Part shown: positions 15,017 to 26,422 of the stretch, piece by piece
Position numbering within the stretch: the stretch's first letter is position 1
Layout of the letters: every line of letters starts with the position of its first letter
Source of the DNA: Antedon mediterranea
Taxonomy: Eukaryota; Animalia; Echinodermata
Direction: 5' to 3'
DNA length: 64,000 nucleotides
Assembly (NCBI RefSeq): GCF_964355755.1
Contig: NC_092672.1
Location: 3,410,001 to 3,474,000, forward strand
Position numbers and translations under genes: made by a program
The notes under the pieces: generated by a model
Database searches by the model: none
What the model was told of the DNA's origin: nothing
Seen by the model: only the letters and a program-made list of their open reading frames with translations

Positions 15017-17430
15017 TTTGTACATCGCCCTCTATCTGTTGGGATATCACCCGTCTCGTTTTTGTTGTAGTGAGGCTATCGACACGGTTGACCATGCGTC
15101 AAATTAATTGTTTACTGCGCATATAATGCGTTTTTTCTATGGAAAGGTCGACACCGTGCACGTTACAGTAACAATAAATATTTTAAATTCAAAAGAATCA
15201 AACAAAAAACAAACATTGCAAATAAAAACTTGGTTGTTCCATGCTTTTATTTTCTTACTTTATAGATTATAGCTACAGTATCTATAACAAAGACGACACA
15301 TCTATAGATAAAGATTGAAAATAACAAATATATGTCCACATATAAGCATTTTACAAAGTATTACTGTTACCATAGCTGCAACACACCATGGAAACAGCCA
15401 ATAAGAGTTGTCCTTTTAAATTTACTAGAAAAACACTTTCACAACTGGATATTTAAATAATTACCATGGTAACCAATGTCCACTACAATGACCATTACTG
15501 TAGTAAGAGACTCTACTAAATGTCCAGTTAGCTTTTCTTGTATACATATAGAGTACATTTATTATACACTGATGCTCACCATCCAGTCTTTACTTAAGCA
15601 ACATATAATATATTAAGGAGAGGAAATATATATTTTAATAAATGTTATGATACGTTACCACCACTTACAGTCTCCAAACATAATAGAAATAGTTATTTAT
15701 TATTTAAATAGAAATACCCTGGGGCTTGTGGATAATAACTTTATATTTTAGGGTAAACACCTGTTCCTCCTCAATGACCCACTTGTTAAAGTCCCTGGGT
15801 ACTGATTCATTTATTAGCCTGCCCAAATTTGTATGCAAAAAAGGGTACATGCATGTAAAGGATAATCCTTTCATGATCCTCATGTATAAGCCAATATAGC
15901 CTACAGCCCTAACACCTCACAATTATATAATAATTGTGTAGTTATAGATAAAAACGTTTAGAAAGTTTAGATTTTTAAATTAACAGTTTAAAATTCTACA
16001 TGACGTAACAGTTAAGCAACTTATAAACACATTATTAATAAATTATTGTGATTTCTTTTTTTACAATAAGTAGTTTTGGAATAAGCCAATCTAGCTTTAT
16101 ATAAGAGATAGGAGATAATATGAACACATTATCAGATGAATGATCACAGTTCCCATAATAAATACATGATTCAATACTGAATTTTTTTCAGTTTAATAGA
16201 TCAAAAAATCGCATCTTTCTTATAGTTATATGTTAAAATATTAATATATATAATATCAAATTAGTATTTAGGCATAATGCAGTTTCATTATGTCGTAGTT
16301 CATAACAATATTAAGTATATTCAGTTTTTTTTAGTAATTTTTTAGGGTAACATACTTTTGGAAAACAAGCTAGCCTATAGCTAACTGTAGGCTACTGTTC
16401 TCATCTGTGACACTAATCATAAAACCCTTAAACCATGTATTATTGTGAACTACAACACATTTACAAATTGCCTTTTCCACCTTGTCGTTTAAAATCTATA
16501 CAAGCTGCATTTATCATTGTTCATGTCAAGTAGGCACGATATGGTATATTGTTCATTTTTTGGGGGAGGGGGAAGGGGGAGATAAAATATGACATGATAT
16601 AATACAAATATAGGTTTTACTTTTAAGCTTATAAAATGTAAAGAAAGGCTTAAAGAATAACATTACGTGTGTCTAGTAAAAATTACAAGAATTCTATTAA
16701 GAATAGATTACAGTACATAAGAAAAAGGCTTTAAAAGCATAAGAAGCAACAAACAATTTAACATTAAACTGATCAGTTCATTCTAAATTTCAGAATTACA
16801 TATTTGACAAATCTATCTTTACAAAAGCAACAGAAATACTCGTGCTTAACACATCACATAAACAACAAAATATAGCTTGACAGAGTAACCTTTGACCTGA
16901 CAGAGTAACCGTTGACCTGACAGTGCAGCCCTGCACACAACATAATCAGCATCTACTTAAACAACTCCCAACAACATACATTAACATTTAAATATTGCGT
17001 ATCGAGTTTCCAATTCCACTTTCTCATTTAAAAAATAACTTCAGTCCAACTTCCAATTTTAAAAAAGAGGGGAAAACAAGTCAAAGAAAGAGCACTTTTA
17101 CGGCTAATAAACCATATTAAAAAACCGAATATGATAATCATCTTGGCATTCTTGATGCTACGGATTGTTGGTATGTTGAGTAAATATTTTTCAAGATAGT
17201 ATTTCAGTTTGAAAAAAAAAAAAACATTCTTAATGTCGAACAATGAATAGCATGATCCTGTCGGCTTACTGTGGCGGTATTTCCATATCTTGGCGATTAT
17301 TTATAAATATTATTTTCCCAAATTAGACTTTATACCTTAATTTTGAAGTTATTTATGATGGAAACTTTCAAATCCTGGTTACTACGAATTGAAGACAATT
17401 TCTGATAACATGGAAACAACACTAATAAGA

Positions 17431-20400
17431 TCATTCTAGTTTAAAAAACTTTTTCAAAACTTCTTCTACGCTCTCTTCAGCTCGTGAGTTAGTAATGTAT
17501 TCAAGTATATCATCTGGGTTGCGATTTATCTCTCGTAACGTCATCCAGTTAGAGAGAATTTCTTGAAATTCAAACACTTTATCATAATGGTTGAGAGAGG
17601 AATACAATCGTATGAGACCGCGGTAGTCATATTCTAATCCACTGTAGCCAGGACCAAATAGTTTTTTACCTGTAGAACCAAAATACAAGAATAATATAAC
17701 GATATTGGCTCTAGCAAATGTGTTTTGGTTATAGAAGCAGACACCTGTTCAAATGGGTTGCAGAGGGAGGAGGGTGAGACAGAGGGAAGGGTGAAGCAGA
17801 GGGAGGAGGGTGAGACAGAGGGAAGAGGGACGCAGAGGGAGGGGTGAGATGGAGGGAAAGGCGAAGCGGAGGGAGGAGGGTGAGACAGAGGGAAGGGTGA
17901 AGCAGAGGGAGGAGGGTGAGACAGAAGGAAGAGGGAAGCAGAGGGAGGGGTGAGATGGAGGGAAGGGCGAAGCAGAGGGAGGGGTGAGATGGAGGGAAGG
18001 GCGAAGCGGAGGGAAGAGGGTGAGAGACAGAGGGAAGAGGGAAGCAGAGGGAGGGGTGAGATGGAGGGAAGGGCGAAGCAGAGGGAGGAGGGTGAGATGG
18101 AGGAGGTTGGTTTTTATATGTCAGTATGTATATTGTGAATCTATGTATATAAATTCTGAAATAATTACATATAAATATAAAGTATAACATTGTTAAAATT
18201 ACACAATATAAAGTATAACATTGTTAAAATGACACAATATAAAGTATAACATTGTTAATATTACACAATATAAAGTATAACATTGTTAATATTACACAAT
18301 ATAAAGTATAACATTGTTAATATTACACAATAGAAAGCATAACATTAGGCGTATTCGAAGGCTGTTTTGAGCTGACAATCAAAACATATCTATCTAGTAG
18401 ATGACTGCAAGGTGTTTGTGAGAGACCATTCAAAATTGGTCCTATTATGAGACAAATGTACTGTTAATGAATGCATGGTGTTTGTGAGAGACCATTCAAA
18501 ATTGGTCCTATTATGAGACAAATGTACTGTTAATGAACAAAAAAACAATTTACATACCAATTTCTATAGACCTAAGGTATAAGGACTCAGCTTCTGTATA
18601 CCTCATCATATCATAGTTATACAGTGAGGCTAGATGGCCAACTGAGAGGGCAACTTCATAATCTTCTTCTCCTAATAAGCGTTCCTTTATCTCAATAGCT
18701 TTGATATGCATTAATTCAGCTTCCTAAATACAAAAACATTATATAAATTATTGTACAGTCATGCAACTCAACAACTGACTCCCTCGGGCCGGCTCTTGTC
18801 AGTGGTCGTACTCACCAATCAAGTGAGATATTTCCCCTAAATATTAAGTATTTCACTTAACTCAATAACTATTTAAGTATTTTCCTTATAATGTATTCAC
18901 TTAGCTTAGATAGGAGATTTTTCTTAATTTTAAGTGTAAGTGTTTCCCTTAGCCTAAGTGTAAATGGTGAATACGGCCACTGGTTTTCTGGAAAGTGTAG
19001 AATTTTGAAAGTGTTTTTAATGTTAAAAATTGGGGAATTTTACAAAGGGAGATTAAACAAGTTGCCACCATCATGAACAATGTATACCCCTTCCAAAAAT
19101 ATATATAAGCAATATATTACAAGCCTGGACTCATTAATGATGGAAACGTTGGTAATAATATTATAAAGATGTTGATGATGATAGGTAAGAATGATGCAAA
19201 CTCTTGCCTTATATCGATGCATTGATTGATATAGCCTTCCTAAGTTGCCATAATGTTTGGCTGTTTGCACATTGAATTCTCCAAAAGCTTTTTTTGCTAG
19301 ACTAAGTGATGATAGATGTAGATCTTGGGCTTCTTGTAAAAGTTTAGCCTCACAAACTTTGTCTTGAGAATCAATTGCAATTTCTTCTAATATAAGTGCT
19401 GAAAGACATGAGAATAAAATGATCTATGTTTGAGAGAGTTCACTGGTACCCATTTATATTTATTTATGTGGCCAAGCGGTTAAGACAGTGGAGCCGTAAT
19501 TACGTAGCAATAACATTGGCAAGAGTTAGAGGCTCACTCGTTCCATGGTTTTGGTTGAAGAACAATCTTTTTGGATAAGGATAAACCGTAGATCCAGTGT
19601 ACGCATCGTGCACTTTAAAGAACCTAGTACATCTTTCGAGACGATTAGGGGGTTACCCTGATGTACTAGTACACACACAGCCACTGATCATACAATAACT
19701 GGGCCCTCTGGGAGACCAGTCTGACTGAAGAGGTTACCCAGTATAAATAAATAAATAAATAAGAAATTCAAAAAATACACCTGGGTAAAGAGAGGCTAAA
19801 AAGACGAGGTGCTCAACGAAGAGACAGCATGAGATTGTGGATAAGCAAGTTAACTCATTTTAAAACTAATTTTAAGCTGTACCAACGTATTAGCAAATGG
19901 AAATGCAATGTTAACATACAGTATAACACTATGCAGGGCACATCCCTATTAAGGGGACACTCTCCTGCGAAATAAACAACCCATTAAAGGGACACTTTAT
20001 TGGACACTAATGTGTCCCTTTATTAGGTAGTATATTCTAATAACTAACCTTTGACCCTTTTAGATGATGCTAGTAGTAAATGATCTTCTGGTAATATATG
20101 TGTTATTATCTCTATTGCTCGTTCTGCATGCATTCTGAAGAAAAAAAACGTGAGAGATTTCAAAATAAAACCTCAAAAGCCAAATATTATTTATTATTAT
20201 TAAGAAGATTGAATAATTGATACTGAATATTCGGCTTACTTGGCATCGTCAAATTTTCCTGAACTGTACTGGTGAACATAAGATGCATAGGCTAGATCTT
20301 CATGTGCAACAGCTACATGGATGTTCCTACCGCCAAATACAGACAACCTAATATCAAGGGCTTGCTGAAAACAGACACGAAAAATGTTATTCAATGCTTG

Positions 20401-23400
20401 ATTCAGTAGCAAACTGGCCCACATGTAAGGCTCTGTCTACACTATCAAACTTTATGCGACAAAAAAATGTGATGTGACCATTTTTGGGCATATCACTACC
20501 ATATTTTGGCACATCACACTATGATGTTCTCTAAAAATCCATTTTAGGAAGCACACAATGAAGACATAGAGGGCACTATATAAGCATAGACTTTCTAGTT
20601 TTCTGCATATAAGGTTATTTGATTGAATGCATCAGATTTCAGCGTGTGGAACTGGAGTTTAAAATCAACCGTTTTATTGCTTTTTTTTAGTATAGAAATT
20701 ATTTTGAGGGTTGTGTTCAGTTATATTTATGAAATATCAGCAATTTTTAAATCTCTCGGATTTTGGGAAAAATGTATGTTGAAGATCATGTAGATTTGCA
20801 TAAAGTGTTCGGCCTTCTCACCTGGTAGACAGTAACAGATTGGCATATAGAATCTACATTAAGAAGATAAAACCCATAATCTAAAAGAGCATCCGAGTAC
20901 TTGGGATGACGTACACCAAAATATTCCCTGCAAAATTATAAAAAATATAAATAAGTTATTAGAACAGTAAAATCAGAAAATAAAAGCTAGTAGTAGGTAC
21001 TGAAAAATTATATTTGAAATTTTGAATATGAATAAAAAGTATGGTGATTATTATTATTATTACAGACCTCCCAACTTGAAAAAAATAAAATAATGGGAGG
21101 AACGAAATCATGTCCCAATAATAGAGTGTGCTATATTATTTTTAAAATATGTGAAACTATAGAGGGCGCTATTGAAAATTGGAAAGGAAATTGCAGGAGA
21201 GCGGGAGATGACTCAAAATATCGGGAGACTTACGGGAGATGACTCAAAATATCGGGAGACTCACGGAAGATGACTCAAAATATCGGGAGACTCACGGGAG
21301 ATGACTCAAAATATGGGGAGACTCGCACCCTCATCGGGAGAGTTAGAAGGTCTGTACTCAATTTACTTTATTGATGATACTCTACCTTGCTAGTTGAACA
21401 GCGTGTGTTATAAGTATCTCTGCTTTCTTAAAACGTCTTTTAGCTACACAAGCTTTTGACGATTGTCTTAGTATATCTATAGAGCTCTTAATTGGCATAC
21501 CAGAGTGTAAACTCTCTAACGCTTGTACACAGTGTTTATGAGCCTAGTGAGACAAGAGAAGAAAATTGTCAAAAAATTCAGTCAATGTGTAGCCACAAAC
21601 ATTGCATAAAATATTTAGGTCATAAAATCAGCATAACAATAGTTATTTAGAATATCAGTTTTAAATTGTTAAGATAATTATTTATACAATGTTTTTATTT
21701 ATACAACTTTTAACCTTATTACATGACAACTCCGATATATTAATTGAAGTTGATGAAATAAATGCTAACAAGTTTTGCCTGCTATTTGGAAGTTAAAGAA
21801 GATGTGCCTGTAAACAGAAGCATGTTGGGATATATGAGCAAGTGCGTCTACGGTTTTAGATTAATAATAATAATAATAAGATTTATACAGCGCACATATC
21901 CACTAAAGTGCTCAAGGCGCTCAAATGATTAAGAGTTTTGAATTGTGAAAATGATCTTGTTAGGTGCACTACAAACTATCTGTTATGATCTTCAAATCTC
22001 TTCACTTAGGCGTGGTTCCCACTAGGACGCAACGCAAGTGAATTGACCAATCACAAGCGATGGCTTATTCGCTTGTGATTGCTAACTGTCTATAACTTCG
22101 CTTGTCATTGGTTAAAACGCTTGCGTTGCGTTACGTTCTAGTGGGAACCAAGCTTTAGTGTGATTTTACGTTTTGTATTGTTTGATGCATATATTGAATT
22201 TTTATTCTGCAATTTTTATTCTGCAATTTTTATTCTGCAATTTTTATTCTGCAATAAAGTTATCAATCAATAGTCTTTTACATTACCTCGTCATATTGGC
22301 TCCTAGCATAAAGCAGGGCACACATTTCACCATGGACGGCAGCTAAATTCACAACCGAATTCCTAGCCATTAGCTTGTCTGCTGTACGTAAAGCTCGTCG
22401 ATATGTTTCTTCTGATGACTGGTACTTGCAGTTGGCATTGCGCACGTAAACTAGCCTGAGATTTTAAATCATTTGAGTTGTTACAGACTGTTATACAATA
22501 CTACTGTAAATGTATGATGCCATATTCTAAATAATATGTTTAGATAGATAGATAGAAATCTTTCTTTATTCTGGATATTCATTCAATATTTGTACATTGT
22601 TCTTCCTTGAAGTCCAGTTAACACTTACAAATATAAACAATAAAAATGGAAAATTATGAAAACGTTTTTAAAGACTACAATATCACAAGAAGCAAGAGAA
22701 AAAAACCAGTTAGATCAAATTTTTAAACGATTGCAAACTTAATGAATTTATAGAGCTGCGAATATCCTTTGCAACAAAATCATAAGAAATAAGGCTATGA
22801 AAATATGCGACGACTCAAACCACCCTTTAAATAAACATTATGTTAAAATGAGATCAAAAAGACTAAATGTGCTGAGATCATGCAATAGTAGGGTTATGCG
22901 ATATTTTAATTCTTTTGTTCCGTATTCTATTAGACTGTTAAATGATTTTGCATAATTTTTGAAATTTTTGATGTATTGCAGCTTTCTATTTTTTATATAG
23001 TCAATTGTAGTTTTATGTTCATACTTGTACATTGTTAAATAATAATATATAGTGTTTTTAAATATTGTAATTAATTATTTTTAATATGAAACGTTTTTAT
23101 ATATTTTTGTACTTTATTGTGAAAAGCACTCAAAATATTTTCCTATGTGGATGAAATAAAGTTATCATACTTATATCAAATATCTGGTGAAAGATTATTC
23201 CAGAGTTTATGTAAAGTACTATCAAACCTTATGAGACAAAAAATGTGATGTCCACATATATGGACATGATGAGGTCATATCACTACAATGTTTAAGCATA
23301 TCACTACCATATTTGGGCACATCACACTGTTTTTGTCAAACTAATTTGATAGTCAGGCAGACAGAACTTTAGGTATTTTGCATGTCTTGATAATGTTTTT

Positions 23401-26400
23401 CTATTGCAATTTTCAGTAACTCATATACATTCATTTATATATTTGTCTTTCAATAATTCAACGCCCAGGATCCTGAAAAAGGATTTCCTTGCTTTTGAAA
23501 TTTTTGACAATATCGGTAAAAAACTAAACTACATAATTTTATGAGATGTAACTAACCGGATGCAACACTCAAGAGATTTCCGTAAATATTTGATGTCTTC
23601 TGATTGAGAACAGAGCGCAAGACATGCCTCAGTAGCTTTCTCGGCCTGAGGGTACCATCCAGCCTCGGTTAAAAAACCACCTGTAAAAACCACAATTGTG
23701 ACAATTAATTTCAAAAATAAAATAACAAAATTAATTTATTAAAAAGTAAAAATGATGACATATTGTCATTTACAACTAAAGCTCTTTCTACACTAATCAA
23801 GCTTTATATGGACATGATGATGTCATACCACTGCCATATTTGGGCACATCACTACCATATTTGGGCACATCACTACCATATTTGGGCACATCACTAACTA
23901 GTGTGATAGTGTAGACAGAGCTTAAATCAGCATTATTATAACAACACTCTCTAGACTCTGAATCAACATTTAGATAACAGCAGTTTGGAATCTCTTGAGG
24001 CAAGCAGCTATCTTCAGTCTGTGAATCTGGCAGCTGTTGCTGGAATACAGCGGAAGATGTAGAATCAATGGGTAGTAGACATAAGAGAGTATATCACAGT
24101 TTTTATAATGTCCAGTAGTTTACCATCTTGTTTATCTAACATGTACAGAAGATGTGTACGACATGCTACAGTATACAGTACATGTGATAAATGTATTGCT
24201 ATACAAAACACATAACCGTAAACCTTGAAAAGAAGTCCTGATTTGTAGTTTGCAAAAGTAATCTCGAACAAAGAAGCCCATTCAAGGCTTTATGTCCTAC
24301 ATCTGACACATCACAATGAATAGCTAAGTTTATGTATTCATCTAGAAAAGAAGCCTACAGTACCCAAGAGCCCTAAAAAAGAAGCCCATAGGCTTCTTTT
24401 TTTTATGATATGGTAGCAATTGTCCTACATCTGATACATCACACATGTGATGCATACTTTTACATACGTTTGTGAAAGAGATAGATGTACACGTACCTAA
24501 AGAAAAGCCAAGTTGAATAGCTTTATCAAGTTGAACTCGATGAGAATATCTAATCTGGGCGTAAGCTGAATACGCCTCAGCGAGTACAGTTGCCACTTTG
24601 ACCCCATGGTCCATCAGTGCTTGGAAACAATGATGTAATAAATGCCTACAATATAAAAAAAAACAACATTAAGCTAAAAGATTATCCTGAGATACGATAC
24701 AGTAAAATTCAAGTATTTCCATTTTATTATGGCAACACCCAATGATGATGTCATCACTGACCAATCACAAAATAGTACAATGCCACTTACTATTATGACC
24801 ATTTAATGTAAATACAGATCAAACACAAATTATGTCTATTTGCAAGTTTCAATTGCATTATGACCAACAGCTTAATGTCTCACCTAAAGAATGCAGCAAT
24901 GCGAGTATACAGGTAGATAGGTATTGGACTCACAACTGCTCAAATGACTTATGTTACATTGCATACAATAGACTATTTTCATATTCTACTGATTTGGACA
25001 CATTTGTAGGAATAAATATCAAGTTTATCTGTTATGCACTTGTCAATTGTATGACCCACTATACGACCCCCGGGAGAGGTGCGTCATTTGTCCGATGTGC
25101 GTCATACTTTTGAATACCATGACGTACCCGTGCGTCAAAAAGGTGACTTACCTTTAGGTGACCATGACGCACCCTTTTTGACGCACTGTGACTATGTTGT
25201 TTATGATATGGTGGGTGGTAAAGTGACGGACATTGACACACCTTGTTCATTGATGTGACGTACCATCTAGGTTTTTTGACGCACCCCTGCGTCAGTAATT
25301 ATTTGTAAATGACGCACCCATGACGCACCTCTCCCGGGGGTCGTATAGTGGGTCATACAATTGACAAGTGCATTAGAAATACAAATTATTGAATTGAATT
25401 GAAAAGCATACTGTACAGACTATTACCTTTTATCACTAACTGTTAGAACCTTTGCAAATATATCCAATTCACAAAATTCCAATCCAAGCTGACATAGTCG
25501 ACCTTGTGTATAAAGCTGCAACATATTATTCAATTTATTTAATGAACAAATAAACTAAATATGTAATTGTTAATTTGTTATAAATAGAAAAATATGCAGT
25601 CAGTGAAAAAAAAAGCATTTTGATAATATTTTATTAAAATTTAATGTCGCTACACATAACCAACTGTATTGTAAAAGTGGCGAAGTTGTAATCAATGCAA
25701 TTTTCATAAAATTTAATTTATATTAATTATTATAATATTTACTTTTATTCAATGGAAAGGTGTGGTACCTAGATGTGTGTAGCAAGAGAAAATGGTACTG
25801 GACTGCAGAATTCACATTGTATATACAGAGCATGCATTAGTAGGCCTAGTAATAGTTCTAGAAGGAATATAGAATAGGCTATCATATGTACAGTATCTTG
25901 CATAGTGTAGTAAACGGCTAGGCCTAGTAATTATTTTTAATTAGTCTTTGCATTATTATTGACTGAAATGTATTGTATGTAGGCCTAGGCTAGGCCTAAA
26001 TATAACTAATTTTAATATCTAAATTTTAATAAATGTCTATCTTATGCAACAAATATTAATTGTTCATTAAATCCGCATAGAGTTGTAAGCCTAGGCAGAA
26101 GGCTAGCCCATCTTAGAGTAGCTAGCATTTTACATTTATTCAATAGTCAGCAAAAAAGTCGGTCGACCTGCCTGCTGAGCTTTCATCATAGTTCATAGGC
26201 CTACATACACGTCGCACACACAGTAGGCCTACGCCTCGGTCATTTAAGTAATTTTTGCAATGCATATGCTACCTTATAATAAACATCAAATTGTATATTT
26301 TCTGTCAGACATCTGAGTTCTTTTCTATGTTTTGAATAACTGGCTACTACAGCTGTAATTGCTGAATTATAAAGCGTTTCTGGGACCCACTCCAACACAC

Positions 26401-26422
26401 TAGCTGCACAAGGCTGGGCCAT
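17431..26422 (-). CDS. APPBP2: Amyloid protein-binding protein 2 (TPR protein, CRL2 substrate receptor). Exons 26422-26273, 25515-25427, 24645-24497, 23680-23557, 22455-22287, 21543-21386, 20927-20822, 20364-20240, 20134-20049, 19398-19208, 18723-18558, 17669-17431(stop)
   Basis: Exons translate to LEWVPETLYNSAI...ENIQFDVYYK/LYTQGRLCQLG/HLLHHCFQALMDHGVKVA/GGFLTEAGWY/...HPKYSDALLDYGFYLLNVD/HEDLAYASYVHQYSSGKF/NVQTAKHYGNLGRLYQSM/EDYEVALSVGHLASLYNYDM/GKKLFGPGYSGLEYDYRGLI, colinear with vertebrate APPBP2. Confidence 0.97.
17760..18105 (+). repeat. Purine/G-rich minisatellite in the last APPBP2 intron
   Basis: About 10 variants of gcagagggaggagggtgaga(ca/tg)gagggaagggtgaa. Confidence 0.9.
18174..18345 (+). 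repeat. ~31-bp AT-rich tandem repeat (about 5.5 copies)
   Basis: aatataaagtataacattgttaa(a/t)attacac repeated. Confidence 0.9.
19468..19761 (+). mobile_element. tRNA-derived SINE (Meta-SINE-like central domain)
   Basis: Head gtggccaagcggttaagac, central gataaggataaaccgtag...gcactttaaagaacc, and (taaa)n tail. A related 3' fragment lies at ~9418-9585. Confidence 0.65.
21063..21354. mobile_element. TA-flanked MITE with internal 31-bp repeats
   Basis: TA|CAGACCTCCCAACT...AGTTAGAAGGTCTG|TA, with four cgggagatgactcaaaatatcgggagact units inside. Confidence 0.7.
22009..22154. mobile_element. PIF/Harbinger-like MITE family B (TIR ..GGTTCCCACTAG), TSD TTA
   Basis: tta|ggcgtggttcccactag...ctagtgggaaccaagct|tta. 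Palindromic body. Confidence 0.85.
22700..23178 (+). mobile_element. 5'-truncated LINE remnant (Rex1/Babar-like ORF2 C-terminus plus 3' UTR)
   Basis: Translates DDSNHPLNKHYVKMRSKRL...RYFNSFVPYSIRLLN, then an AT-rich UTR ending aataaagttatc. Confidence 0.6.
23780..23922. mobile_element. MITE family A copy with a perfect TAA TSD (further copies ~20429-20521, ~23205-23369, ~33388-33537, 34389-34542, ~37693-37835, ~44600-44709)
   Basis: taa|agctctttctacacta...tagtgtagacagagct|taa. All copies share the core catatcactaccatatttgggcacatcac. Confidence 0.85.
25035..25372. mobile_element. 338-bp PIF/Harbinger-like MITE (family C), TSD TTA
   Basis: Near-identical to 14046-14383. tta|tgcac...gtgca|tta. 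Confidence 0.9.

Noticed and set aside
17729-18190. Pro/Ser-rich 153-aa ORF and Arg/Glu/Gly-rich opposite ORFs
   Set aside because: Products of the intronic purine-rich minisatellite.
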